32,000 nt of DNA, taken from assembly GCF_001457595.1 (NCBI RefSeq), contig NZ_LN831039.1, positions 3,300,001 to 3,332,000 on the forward strand, written 5' to 3'. Positions 19,253 to 29,082 of this stretch are shown here, one piece after another. Every line of letters begins with the position of its first letter. The stretch's first letter is position 1. The translations under genes and the position numbers were made by a program. The notes below the pieces were generated by a model, which was not told the DNA's origin, did not search any database, and worked only from the letters and a program-made list of their open reading frames with translations. This DNA comes from Mycolicibacterium smegmatis. Its GTDB lineage: Bacteria > Actinomycetota > Actinomycetes > Mycobacteriales > Mycobacteriaceae.

Positions 19253-20545
19253 GTGACCACCGAACTGAGCGCCGACTCCCGAATCACTGCGCTGACCGCA
19301 CCGCTGTCAGCTGCTGATATCGATGAGGCCGCTCGCCGAATTTCGGGCGTGGTCACCGAGAGCCCACTGCAGTACTGCGAACGGCTGTCCGAGGCCACCG
19401 GCGCCAACGTCTACCTCAAGCGCGAGGACCTGCAGGCCGTGCGCTCCTACAAGGTGCGCGGCGCGTTCAACCTGATGGCGCAGTTGTCGGCCGAGGAACT
19501 CGCAGCCGGTGTGGTGTGCTCGTCGGCAGGCAACCACGCGCAGGGCTTCGCGATGGCCTGCCGCACCATGAAGACCCACGGCCGGGTGTACGTGCCTGCC
19601 AAGACGCCCAAACAGAAGCGCGACCGCATCCGCTATCACGGACGTGAGTTCATCGAGCTCATCGCCGTGGGCGCCACCTACGACCTCGCTGCCGCCGCGG
19701 CGCTCGAGGACGTCGCCCGCACCGGCGCAACCCTGGTGCCGCCGTACGACGATCTGCGCACGATGGCCGGACAGGGCACCATCGCCGCCGAACTGCTCGA
19801 CCAGTTGGACACCGAACCCGATCTGGTGATCGTGCCGGTCGGTGGTGGTGGCTGCATCGCCGGCATCACCACCTACCTCGCCGCGCGCACCGACAACACC
19901 TCGGTGCTCGGCGTGGAACCCGCGGGTGCGGCGTCGATGATCGCCGCGCTGGCGGCCGGCGAGCCGGTCATGCTGGCCGACGTCGACCAGTTCGTCGACG
20001 GTGCGGCCGTGGCCCGTGCCGGGCAGAAGCCGTTCGAGGCGCTCGCGGCGGCCGGCGACATGGTGTCGCTGACCACCGTAGACGAGGGCGCGGTGTGCAC
20101 CGCGATGCTCGACCTCTACCAGAACGAGGGCATCATCGCCGAACCGGCGGGCGCGCTGTCCGTGGCGGCGCTGCTGGAGGCCGACATCGAGCCCGGGAGC
20201 ACCGTGGTGTGCCTGATCTCCGGCGGCAACAACGACGTCTCGCGCTACAACGAGGTGCTGGAGCGCTCGCTGGTGCACCTCGGCCTCAAGCACTACTTCC
20301 TGGTGGACTTCCCGCAGGAACCCGGCGCGCTGCGGCGGTTCCTCGACGAGGTGCTCGGCCCCGGTGACGACATCACGCTGTTCGAGTACGTCAAGCGCAA
20401 CAACCGCGAGACCGGCGAAGCTCTCGTGGGCGTCGAGCTGAGCTCGGCCGCCGACCTCGAGGGTCTGCTGGCACGCATGGGGCAGTCCGACATCCATGTC
20501 GAGCTGCTCGAGCCGGGCTCTCCGACGTACCGCTACCTGACCTGA
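19253..20545 (+). CDS. ilvA: Threonine dehydratase (threonine ammonia-lyase)
   Basis: KREDLQAVRSYKVRGAFN PLP-lysine motif, VCSSAGNHAQG, PVGGGGCIAG; C-terminal regulatory region. Confidence 0.95.
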   Translation: MTTELSADSRITALTAPLSAADIDEAARRISGVVTESPLQYCERLSEATGANVYLKREDLQAVRSYKVRGAFNLMAQLSAEELAAGVVCSSAGNHAQGFAMACRTMKTHGRVYVPAKTPKQKRDRIRYHGREFIELIAVGATYDLAAAAALEDVARTGATLVPPYDDLRTMAGQGTIAAELLDQLDTEPDLVIVPVGGGGCIAGITTYLAARTDNTSVLGVEPAGAASMIAALAAGEPVMLADVDQFVDGAAVARAGQKPFEALAAAGDMVSLTTVDEGAVCTAMLDLYQNEGIIAEPAGALSVAALLEADIEPGSTVVCLISGGNNDVSRYNEVLERSLVHLGLKHYFLVDFPQEPGALRRFLDEVLGPGDDITLFEYVKRNNRETGEALVGVELSSAADLEGLLARMGQSDIHVELLEPGSPTYRYLT

Positions 20546-20618
20546 TCATCGGACCGCGCGCAACGGCGGCGGCACCTCGACGGCTTCGTCGTTGGCGCAG
20601 AAGATCGGCCGGTTGGAA

Positions 20619-20650
20619 GCCGGGATGACTCTTGGCCGAATCATCCCGGC
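20619..20650. terminator. Candidate bidirectional terminator between convergent ilvA and treZ
   Basis: Perfect 10-bp arms GCCGGGATGA (20619-20628)/TCATCCCGGC (20641-20650), 12-nt loop, overlapping the treZ stop codon. Confidence 0.55.
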
Positions 20651-22392
20651 CCGGCTGCGGACGCAGAGTTGACAAGGCGCAGGATCGCGAAAGAATGTCC
20701 GGCCAGCACCGTGCTGTCGGGGCGCGCCTCCGGCGTGCTCGACGCCAGCACCAGGTCACCGGAGATGCCTATGGTGACCGGTTCGGCGTTGAGGTTGCAC
20801 GCGATCGCCAGGTCGCCGCGGTACAGCACGATCCACCGGTCGTCTTCGTCGAAGTCGACGCGCAGGTGGTCCAGCCACATATCGGCGAGTGCCGGTTCGG
20901 TGCGGCGCAGTTCGATCAACCCGCGGTAGATCCCGAGCAGTTGGGCGTGCTCGCCCTGGTCGAGTTCGTCCCACTTCAGCTTGGACCGTTCGAAGGTCGC
21001 CGGATCCTGCGGATCCGGGATCTCGTCGGCGTCCCAGCCGTGTCCGGCGAATTCGGCCTTGCGGCCCTCGGCCGTGGCCCTGGCCAGTTCGGGCTCGGGA
21101 TGCGAGCTGAAGAACTGGAACGGTGACGACGACCCCCACTCCTCGCCCATGAAAAGCATTGCCGTATAGGGAGAGCCGAGGGCCAGTGCGGCCTTGACGG
21201 CCAGCTGTCCGGTGGTGAGCCGCTGCGACGGGCGGTCACCGACCGCGCGGTTGCCGACCTGATCGTGGGTGAGGGTGTAGGCGAGCAACCGGCTGCCCGG
21301 GATGGTCGCGGTGTCGAGCGGACGGCCGTGGCGGCGGTGCCGGAACGACGAGTACGTCCCGGCGTGGAAGTACCCGTTCTTGAGCGTGGTGGCGAGGGTC
21401 TCCATGGACCCGAAATCTGCGTAGTAGCCCTGCCGTTCACCCGAGACGGCGGTGTGGATCGCATGGTGGATGTCGTCGTCCCACTGCGCCGTCATGCCGT
21501 AGCCACCGCGGTCGCGCGGCGTGATCAGTCGGGGATCGTTCAGGTCGCTCTCGGCGATGAGCGACAGCGGGCGGCCGAGCTCTTCTGCCAGACGGTCGGT
21601 TTCGGCCGAGAGTTCCTCCAGGATGTGGATCGCGGTGTTGTCCATCAGCGCGTGCACGGCATCCAGGCGCAGACCGTCGGCGTGGAAGTCCCGCATCCAC
21701 CGCAGCGCGCATTCCAGGATGTAGGTGCGCACCTCGTCGGCGTCGGCGTCGGACAGGTTGATCGAAGCGCCCCACGGGTTGCTGCCTGCCGACAGGTAGG
21801 GCGCGAACTTCGGCAGGTAGTTGCCGGACGGGCCCAGGTGGTTGAACACGGCGTCGATCAGCACGCCCAGACCGCGGGTGTGGCATGCGTCGACGAACCG
21901 GATCAATCCGTCGGGACCTCCGTAGGGTTCGTGTACGGCGTACCAGAGCACCCCGTCATAGCCCCACCCGTGGGTTCCGCCGAACGCGTTGACGGGCATG
22001 AGCTCGACGAAGTCGACGCCGAGATCGACCAGATAGTCGAGCTTTTCGATGGCCGAGTCGAAGGTGCCCTCGGGAGTGAAGGTCCCGATGTGCAGTTCGT
22101 AGATCACCTTGCCCTCGATGGACCGCCCCGGCCAGTCGGCATCGGTCCAGGCGTCCGGTCTTGGCCGCCACAGCTGCGAGCGCTCGTGCACGCCGTTGGG
22201 CTGGCGGGCCGAGCGGGGGTCGGGCAGCACCTTGGGGTCGTCGTCGAGGACGAACCCGTAACGGGCGTCGTCGGCGCATTCGACCTCGGCGCGCCACCAG
22301 CCGTCGTCGGACCGGGTCATATCGTGCAGCGTGCCCTCGACATCCAGGCGCACCACGTCGGGCAGGGGCGCCCACACCGCGAATTCGGTCAT
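20641..22392 (-). CDS. treZ: Maltooligosyltrehalose trehalohydrolase
   Basis: FAVWAPLPDVVRLDVEG, VIYELHIGTFTPEGTF, LGVLIDAVFNHLGPSG, DGLRLDAVHA, VQNHDQ-like TLTHDQVGNR; ATG 22392 overlaps treY stop. Confidence 0.94.
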   Translation of the reverse strand: MTEFAVWAPLPDVVRLDVEGTLHDMTRSDDGWWRAEVECADDARYGFVLDDDPKVLPDPRSARQPNGVHERSQLWRPRPDAWTDADWPGRSIEGKVIYELHIGTFTPEGTFDSAIEKLDYLVDLGVDFVELMPVNAFGGTHGWGYDGVLWYAVHEPYGGPDGLIRFVDACHTRGLGVLIDAVFNHLGPSGNYLPKFAPYLSAGSNPWGASINLSDADADEVRTYILECALRWMRDFHADGLRLDAVHALMDNTAIHILEELSAETDRLAEELGRPLSLIAESDLNDPRLITPRDRGGYGMTAQWDDDIHHAIHTAVSGERQGYYADFGSMETLATTLKNGYFHAGTYSSFRHRRHGRPLDTATIPGSRLLAYTLTHDQVGNRAVGDRPSQRLTTGQLAVKAALALGSPYTAMLFMGEEWGSSSPFQFFSSHPEPELARATAEGRKAEFAGHGWDADEIPDPQDPATFERSKLKWDELDQGEHAQLLGIYRGLIELRRTEPALADMWLDHLRVDFDEDDRWIVLYRGDLAIACNLNAEPVTIGISGDLVLASSTPEARPDSTVLAGHSFAILRLVNSASAAGPG

Positions 22393-24671
22393 GTCAGCCG
22401 CTCCAGTAGTGCCGCCGGCAGTTCGGCGAACAGTTCGTCCGCCTGCACGGTTCCGCTCCATCGGCGTCCGCCGATCCGGTCGATCCACTCACCGTTTGGT
22501 AGCGACAATGTCGTGTCCCCCCAACCGGCTTCGGCCAGCGCGACGGTCCACCGGCTGACCGCGACCACCACGTCGTCACCACGCAGGTAGGAGATCACGT
22601 GGTCGGCGGCGGCACCGTCGGCGTGCAGTGGTGTGTGGCCGCCGGCCAGGAACGTCTGCGGACGGTCGCGACGCAACTGCAGGGCCGCTGTGGTGACGCG
22701 CATCTTGGCATCGGTACCGGCCTGCAGTGCGGCGCGATGGGCGGCGTAGTCGATCGGCCTGCGGTTGTCGGGATCCACCAGGCTGTCCTCGGCGAGCTCG
22801 GTGCCCTGATAGACATCCGGCACACCGGGCGCGGTGAGCGAAAGGAGCTTCTGGCCCAGGCTGTCGCTGCGGGCGTGCCGGTCCAGACGGGTGACCAGCT
22901 CGGTCAGCCCGGCGCCGACGGGTCCGTCGAGCACGGCGTCCACCCAGCTGTGCACAGCATCCTCGAACGCGGTGTCGGGGTCATTCCACGAGGTCTTGAT
23001 GCCCGCTTCACGCATGGCCTTCTCGGCGTAGGCGTGCAGCCGGCCGCGCAGCTCGTCGGTGATCTCGCCGTCGCTCGGCCAGACCCCGAAGATGTTCTGC
23101 CACAAGAACAGTCCGGTCCCGAGGTCAGGTGGTGGGGCGATCTCGCTCCACTGCGTCACCAGTTCGGTCCACAGCCCGGGCACCTGCGACAGGACACCGA
23201 TGCGGGCACGCACATCCTCACCGCGCTTGGTGTCGTGCGTGGACAGGGTGGTCATCGCGGTCGGCCAGAACCGCGCCCGCGTCGCGGCGCGCTGGTGGAA
23301 CTCGGCGGTGGTGACCCCGAACAGCGCAGGCTCGCCGCCCACCTCGTTGAGGCTCACCAGGCGCGGATCGCGGTAGAACAGGCAGTCCTCGACCGCCTTG
23401 GCGGTGGCCGCTCCGCACAGTTGGTTCAGCCGTGCCGCGACTTCCGCGCTGGTCGCGTACGCCGCGGAGACGGTGCCGAGGGCGTCGGCGAGATCCGGTG
23501 CGGCCGAGGCGGTGCTGGCCAACGCGACCGGGAGCAGCGCCGACAGCGTGGGGTAGTCGCAGCGGTAGACGCCGATGTTGCTGACGAGTGCGGCCACGGC
23601 GTCGGGCAACCGAGGGTCGCTCCGCCCGGTGGCGCGCGTGATCGTGCGGCACACGCGGGCCAGCTCGCTGCCGAGGATGTCGGTGACGGCGGCCCGTTTG
23701 AGGTCGTGCTCGGAGGCCACCTCGACGTCGGCGCACAACTCAGCGAGCGGGCCTGCCCCGTTCGGGTCGATGAACACGCCGCCGATCTCGCGCAGCGCGT
23801 CGTACCCCGTGGTGCCCGCCACCGGGAGCGCGGTGTCGAGTGCCTCGTCGAACGCGAGGATCTTCTCGACGACGATCCACGCCGACGGGCCCGCGATCTC
23901 CCGCAGCCACGTCAGATAGCCTGCGGGATCGGTCAATCCGTCCGGATGGTCGATGCGCACCCCGTCGACCAGACCCTCGTCGAACCACCGTTTGACCTCG
24001 GTGTGGGTCGCGTCGAAGACCGCGCGGTCCTCCTGGCGCAGCGCGGCCAGTGACGTGATGGAGAAGAACCTGCGGTACCCGCAGATGCCGCGACGCCATC
24101 CGATGAGCCGGTAGTGCTGGCGGTCGTGCACCTGGGCACCTGTGCCGGAACCGGTGCCCGGCGCGATCGGAAGCACGAGATCACCGAGACGCAGCACGTC
24201 GCCGTCCACCGTCAGATCGGCGACGTCGTCGTCGGATCCGAGGATGGGCAACACGATCCGGCCGGATTGGCCGTCGACCTCGAGATCCCAGTCGATGTCG
24301 AAGTAGTCGGCGTACCGTGACGACCGTCCGTGGGTGAGCACGTCCCACCACCACGGGTTCTCGTCGGCACGTGCCACACCGACGTGGTTGGGCACGATGT
24401 CGACGATCAGGCCCATGTCGCGCGCACGCGCGGCCTCGGACAGGCGGTGCAGTCCGTCGGGACCGCCGAGGGCGGGGGAGACGGTCGTGGGATCGGTGAC
24501 GTCGTAGCCGTGCGTGGAGCCTTCGGCCGCGGTCAGGATGGGGGACAGATACACATGGGAGACGCCGAGGTCGTCGAGATGGTCGAGGAGATTCACCGCA
24601 TCGTCGAACGTGCAGCAGTCCCCGCGCATCTGCAACCGATACGTCGAGAGCACCGGGCGCGTCATCGTCAC
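22389..24671 (-). CDS. treY: Maltooligosyltrehalose synthase
   Basis: VLSTYRLQMRGDCCTFDDAVNLLDHLDDLGVSHVYLSPIL, GLIVDIVPNHVG, DGVRIDHPDGL, TLSTHDTKRGEDVRARI, PGVPDVYQGTEL. Confidence 0.95.
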   Translation of the reverse strand: MTMTRPVLSTYRLQMRGDCCTFDDAVNLLDHLDDLGVSHVYLSPILTAAEGSTHGYDVTDPTTVSPALGGPDGLHRLSEAARARDMGLIVDIVPNHVGVARADENPWWWDVLTHGRSSRYADYFDIDWDLEVDGQSGRIVLPILGSDDDVADLTVDGDVLRLGDLVLPIAPGTGSGTGAQVHDRQHYRLIGWRRGICGYRRFFSITSLAALRQEDRAVFDATHTEVKRWFDEGLVDGVRIDHPDGLTDPAGYLTWLREIAGPSAWIVVEKILAFDEALDTALPVAGTTGYDALREIGGVFIDPNGAGPLAELCADVEVASEHDLKRAAVTDILGSELARVCRTITRATGRSDPRLPDAVAALVSNIGVYRCDYPTLSALLPVALASTASAAPDLADALGTVSAAYATSAEVAARLNQLCGAATAKAVEDCLFYRDPRLVSLNEVGGEPALFGVTTAEFHQRAATRARFWPTAMTTLSTHDTKRGEDVRARIGVLSQVPGLWTELVTQWSEIAPPPDLGTGLFLWQNIFGVWPSDGEITDELRGRLHAYAEKAMREAGIKTSWNDPDTAFEDAVHSWVDAVLDGPVGAGLTELVTRLDRHARSDSLGQKLLSLTAPGVPDVYQGTELAEDSLVDPDNRRPIDYAAHRAALQAGTDAKMRVTTAALQLRRDRPQTFLAGGHTPLHADGAAADHVISYLRGDDVVVAVSRWTVALAEAGWGDTTLSLPNGEWIDRIGGRRWSGTVQADELFAELPAALLERLT

Positions 24672-26824
24672 GCCGTCTTACGCAGGACGAGGACCGAACG
24701 CGGCTGGATCGAGATCTTCTCGCCGGCCCGCACCACCAGGTCCGAGTTGCCGACCGGGTCGGCGGTGTCGAGATCTGCGGTCCATTCCGCGGCGTAGTCG
24801 CCGTTGGGCGTGACGAAATCCTCCGGATGGTCATTCGAGTTGAAGCACAACAGGAATGAATCGTCGACCACCCGTTCGCCGCGTGCGTCGGGGGTGGGGA
24901 TCGCCTCGCCGTTGAGGAACACCGCCACGCACGTGCCCAGCCCCGTACCCCAGTCCTCGGGGGTCATCTCGGTGCCCGCGCGGGTCAGCCACGCGATGTC
25001 GCGCACCTGATCGCCGCTGCGGATCGGTTTGCCCTCGAAGAACCTGCGCCGCCGGAACACCGGATGTTGCTTGCGGAACGCCACCACCTTGCGGGTGAAC
25101 TCGAGGTGGTCGGCGTGGGTCTCGCACAGCGACCAGTCCATCCAGGACAGTTCCGAATCCTGGCAGTAGACATTGTTGTTGCCCAACTGGGTGCGGCCGA
25201 TCTCGTCGCCGTGGGCGATCATCGGCGTGCCCTGCGAGAGCATCAGCGTGGCCATGATGTTGCGCATCTGCTTGGCCCGCAGCGCGAGGATCTCGGGATC
25301 GTCGGTCGGCCCCTCCACCCCGCAGTTCCACGACCGGTTGTGACTCTCGCCGTCGCGGTTGTCCTCGCCGTTGGCCTCGTTGTGTTTCTCGTTGTACGAC
25401 ACCAGATCGTTGAGGGTGAACCCGTCATGACAGGTCACGAAGTTGATACTCGCACTCGGACGCCGACCGGTCGCCTCATAGAGGTCCGAGGAACCGGTCA
25501 GTCGCGAGGCGAACTCGCCAAGGGTTGCGGGCTCGCCCCGCCAGTAATCACGCACAGTGTCGCGATATTTCCCGTTCCACTCGGTCCATAAACCTGGGAA
25601 GTTCCCCACCTGGTAGCCGCCCTCGCCGACGTCCCACGGCTCGGCGATCAGTTTGACCTGGCTGACCACGGGATCCTGCTGCACCAGATCGAAGAACGCC
25701 GAAAGCCGGTCGACGTCATAGAATTCCCGCGCCAGCGTCGAGGCCAGGTCGAAGCGGAACCCGTCGACGTGCATGTCCAGCACCCAGTACCGCAGCGAAT
25801 CCATGATCAGCTGCAGCGTGTGCGGGTGCCGCGCGTTGAGGCTGTTGCCGGTGCCGGTGAAGTCCTTGTAGAACTCGGGCTGGCCGTCGAGCAGGCGGTA
25901 GTACGCGGCATTGTCGATACCGCGGAAGTTGATCGTGGGGCCCAGGTGGTTGCCTTCGGCGGTGTGGTTGTACACGACGTCGAGGATCACCTCGATACCC
26001 GCGTCGTGGAACGCCTTGACCATTGTCTTGAACTCGGCGACCGCACCGCCGGCGTTGCGGGTCGCCGCGTACTGGAAGTGCGGCGCGAAGAAGCCGACGG
26101 TGTTGTAGCCCCAGTAGTTTCGCAGGCCCAGGTCGAGCAGCCGGTGGTCGTGCATGAACTGGTGCACCGGCATCAGTTCGATGGCCGTGACGTTGAGCGA
26201 CTGCAGGTGCTCGATGATCACCGGGTGGGACAGGCCCGCATAGGTGCCGCGCAGCGCCTCAGGGACGCCCGGGTGGGTCTGGGTCATGCCCTTGACATGC
26301 GCCTCGTAGATCACGGTGTCGTGGTACGGGGTCTTGGGGGCGCGGTCGGATCCCCACTGGAAGAACGGGTTGATCACGACGCTGGTCATGGTGTGGCCCA
26401 GGGAGTCGACGCGCGGCGGTGTACCGCTACCGGGTGGGTCCGCCTCCAGGTCGTAGGAGTACAGCGCCTGCGAGAAGTCGAAGTCACCGTGAAACGACTT
26501 GCCGTACGGGTCCAGCAGCAGCTTGCTGGGATCGCAGCGCAGACCCTTCGACGGATCCCACGGGCCGTACACGCGGAAGCCGTAGCGCTGGCCGGGGGAG
26601 ATGGTCGGCAGATACGCGTGCCACACGTACCCGTCGACCTCATCGAGGTTGATGCGGGTCTCCGTGCCGTCCTTGGCGATCAGGCACAACTCGACGCGCT
26701 CGGCGACCTCGGAGAACAGCGAGAAGTTGGTGCCCGCCCCGTCGTAGGTCGCTCCCAGCGGATAGGCCTCGCCGGGCCACACCATGTTCATCGGCGCCGG
26801 TGGGGATGCGGTCGGATCGGACAC
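24668..26824 (-). CDS. treX: Glycogen debranching enzyme (TreX/GlgX type)
   Basis: YPLGATYDGAGTNFSLFSEVAERVELCL, EAHVKGMTQTHP, VILDVVYNHTAEGNHLGPT, NFVTCHDGFTLNDLVSYNEKHN; start set at GTG 26824. Confidence 0.93.
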   Translation of the reverse strand: MSDPTASPPAPMNMVWPGEAYPLGATYDGAGTNFSLFSEVAERVELCLIAKDGTETRINLDEVDGYVWHAYLPTISPGQRYGFRVYGPWDPSKGLRCDPSKLLLDPYGKSFHGDFDFSQALYSYDLEADPPGSGTPPRVDSLGHTMTSVVINPFFQWGSDRAPKTPYHDTVIYEAHVKGMTQTHPGVPEALRGTYAGLSHPVIIEHLQSLNVTAIELMPVHQFMHDHRLLDLGLRNYWGYNTVGFFAPHFQYAATRNAGGAVAEFKTMVKAFHDAGIEVILDVVYNHTAEGNHLGPTINFRGIDNAAYYRLLDGQPEFYKDFTGTGNSLNARHPHTLQLIMDSLRYWVLDMHVDGFRFDLASTLAREFYDVDRLSAFFDLVQQDPVVSQVKLIAEPWDVGEGGYQVGNFPGLWTEWNGKYRDTVRDYWRGEPATLGEFASRLTGSSDLYEATGRRPSASINFVTCHDGFTLNDLVSYNEKHNEANGEDNRDGESHNRSWNCGVEGPTDDPEILALRAKQMRNIMATLMLSQGTPMIAHGDEIGRTQLGNNNVYCQDSELSWMDWSLCETHADHLEFTRKVVAFRKQHPVFRRRRFFEGKPIRSGDQVRDIAWLTRAGTEMTPEDWGTGLGTCVAVFLNGEAIPTPDARGERVVDDSFLLCFNSNDHPEDFVTPNGDYAAEWTADLDTADPVGNSDLVVRAGEKISIQPRSVLVLRKTA

Positions 26825-26828
26825 CGAA

Positions 26829-28991
26829 TCACCACCAACCGGTTGCGGCCGCCATCTGGCGCCCCAGCTCATTGGTCATGGTGCGCATGTAGGTTGCGGA
26901 AAGATGGTGAGAGTCGTGGTACAGCAGGACGTTTCCCTCCACCACGCGACAGTGGTCCTCACGGCACACCGCATCGCTCATGTCGAGCGGCTTCATCAAC
27001 GGGAACCGGTCGAGATAGTCCAGTGTCGGGTTGCGGTCGGAGAGCACCTTCGACCGCTTGACCCCGCAGGAGACCGCGTCGCCGCCGTCGGCGAGGCAGT
27101 CCGCCGGGAAGTACGGCTTGCCGTTGCGGGTCAGCCACGGTGTGTCGCGCATCGCCAGAACCGGGATGTTGTTCTCGTTGAACGTCTCCCAGATGCCGAG
27201 GTACGTACTGGGCATCACATCGCCCGGTTTGATGTTCCACGGCCGCGTCGAGGTGGTGAACACGTAGTCGGGGTGATCGGCGATCAACTTCGCCATCACC
27301 CGCTGATTCCACTCGTGGCACTTGGGGTAGGGCCGGTTGTCGCCGCTGACCAGCGGCACCTCTTCGGTGGTCAGCGGGCAGCCCATCTTCAGATACGTGA
27401 CGACCTTGAAACCGTGCTTCTGACCGAGCAGATCGAGCGCGGTGATCCAGTGCTCCGCGTGGGACCCGCCGGCCAGCGCGATGGTGCGGGTGGCGTTCTT
27501 GTCGCCGTAGGTGCAGTTGATCACCCCGACGTTGGCGAAGTCGCTGATGCAACCCTCGGTGGTCGAGATCGGCAGATCGTTCTTGGCCTCCAGCACCGTC
27601 GGCCGCATGGGCAGCTTGGGCACCCGTGCGTGTTCGATCAGGGCACGTGCACCCGGGTAGTCACGCGCCGACAGCCCCGACAGTTCCTTGCCGCTCGCGC
27701 GCTGCACGGTGACGTGCTCCCGCCACGTGAACGATGTCGCGGTGAGCGCGACTCCGAGCAGCGCCACGATCGATCCCAGCACGATCGTGGGCCGGCGCAG
27801 GCGTGCCCGCAGTGGTACCGCGGGCACGGGCGCGCGGCCCGGTTGTGTGCGCAGCGGTTCCTCGATGTAGCGCGTCGTCAGCCACGCGAGCACACCGGAG
27901 ACCAGCAGGATCACGGCGCCTTCGACGAAGTTGGCCGCCGTGTGCCCGGAGTACGACAGCCAGAAGATCAGCAGCGGCCAGTGCCACAGGTACAACGAGT
28001 AGGCCATCGAACCCAGCGATACGAACGGCGCCGTCGCCAGCAGGCGGTTGGGCGTGGGCAGGCGGCCCGCAGTGCGCGGGTCGCTCATCCGGTTCGCGGC
28101 CGAGAAGATGAACAGGATCGTCGCGCCCACCGGCACCAGGGCCCACGGTCCGGGGAACTCCTTGACGCCGTCGATGAACCAGCCGCACGACAGGATCGCC
28201 GCCAGCGAGACGACCGACACCACGGTGCGCAGCCACATGGGCCAGCGCACGAATCCCACGAGCGCCCCGGCGAGCGCGCCGAGCAGCAGTTCCCAGGCGC
28301 GCGCGAAGCTGTTGTAGTAGGCGGTGGCCTGATCGGTGTTGTGGGCGATGATCGCGTACACGAACGACGCGATGGTCAGCGCCGCGAGCAGGACGATGAA
28401 GAAGGTCCGAAGGTGACGGCCGAACAGGCGCCGGAACAGATAGGCGAACCCGAAGATCAGCACCAGGAACGCGATGTAGAACTGGCCCTGCACCGACATC
28501 GACCAGATGTGCTGCAGCGGGCTGACCGTCTCACCGGCACGAAGGTAGTCCGCCGCGGTGTTCGCCAATTCCCAGTTCTGGTAGTAGCCCAGGCTCGCCA
28601 GACTCTGGTCAGCAAATGCCTCCCAGCGTGTTTCCGGCTGGATGAGGATGGTCAGAACCGCCGCGGCGGCCAGCACGACGACGAGCGCGGGCAGTAGCCG
28701 GCGCACCAGTCGTACGACCTCCGACAACGGCCGCAGCGGCGTGGACTGGTCGAGTGCGGTGCGCAGGATCTTGCCGCCGAAGAAGAACCCGGACAACGCG
28801 AGAAACACGTCGACACCACCGGAAACACGGCCGAACCAGATATGGAAGACAGCCACCATCATGATCGCGATGCCGCGCAGGCCGTCGAGATCGTGACGGT
28901 AGAAACCGGATTTCCGGGTCCCCATTGACGGATTTGCGGCGCGCGTATCGCGACTGATCGGCGCCGGCCGCGTCGGGGAGAGGGTCATCAT
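26829..28991 (-). CDS. sucT: OafA-type membrane acyltransferase with C-terminal SGNH domain, SucT-like
   Basis: FYRHDLDGLRGIAIMMVAVFHIWFGRVSGGVDVFLALSGFFFG, multiple TM segments, then LAGGSHAEHW and YHDSHHLSATY of an SGNH-like domain; synteny with treX-bioA matches the mycobacterial SucT locus as I recall it. Confidence 0.85.
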   Translation of the reverse strand: MMTLSPTRPAPISRDTRAANPSMGTRKSGFYRHDLDGLRGIAIMMVAVFHIWFGRVSGGVDVFLALSGFFFGGKILRTALDQSTPLRPLSEVVRLVRRLLPALVVVLAAAAVLTILIQPETRWEAFADQSLASLGYYQNWELANTAADYLRAGETVSPLQHIWSMSVQGQFYIAFLVLIFGFAYLFRRLFGRHLRTFFIVLLAALTIASFVYAIIAHNTDQATAYYNSFARAWELLLGALAGALVGFVRWPMWLRTVVSVVSLAAILSCGWFIDGVKEFPGPWALVPVGATILFIFSAANRMSDPRTAGRLPTPNRLLATAPFVSLGSMAYSLYLWHWPLLIFWLSYSGHTAANFVEGAVILLVSGVLAWLTTRYIEEPLRTQPGRAPVPAVPLRARLRRPTIVLGSIVALLGVALTATSFTWREHVTVQRASGKELSGLSARDYPGARALIEHARVPKLPMRPTVLEAKNDLPISTTEGCISDFANVGVINCTYGDKNATRTIALAGGSHAEHWITALDLLGQKHGFKVVTYLKMGCPLTTEEVPLVSGDNRPYPKCHEWNQRVMAKLIADHPDYVFTTSTRPWNIKPGDVMPSTYLGIWETFNENNIPVLAMRDTPWLTRNGKPYFPADCLADGGDAVSCGVKRSKVLSDRNPTLDYLDRFPLMKPLDMSDAVCREDHCRVVEGNVLLYHDSHHLSATYMRTMTNELGRQMAAATGWW

Positions 28992-29067
28992 GATCGAGGT
29001 CAATTTACCTAACAACCCCCGTCTGCTCACATTCGGAACGTGTTGATCACACCCACGGGCAAAGGGC

Positions 29068-29082
29068 TAGGCTCCCCGTCTG
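29068..29082 (+). promoter_or_regulatory. Candidate bioA -10 region close to the GTG start
   Basis: TAGGCT (29068-29073) 8 nt before GTG 29082, weak TTGATC at 29043-29048. Confidence 0.45.

Noticed and set aside
22599-24053. 484 aa plus-strand ORF opposite treY
   Set aside because: Antisense artefact of GC-rich codon usage; TreY motifs are complete on the other strand.
26784-28697. 637 aa plus-strand ORF opposite the SucT-like gene
   Set aside because: Shadow ORF of a well-supported membrane acyltransferase; no domain-like sequence recognised.
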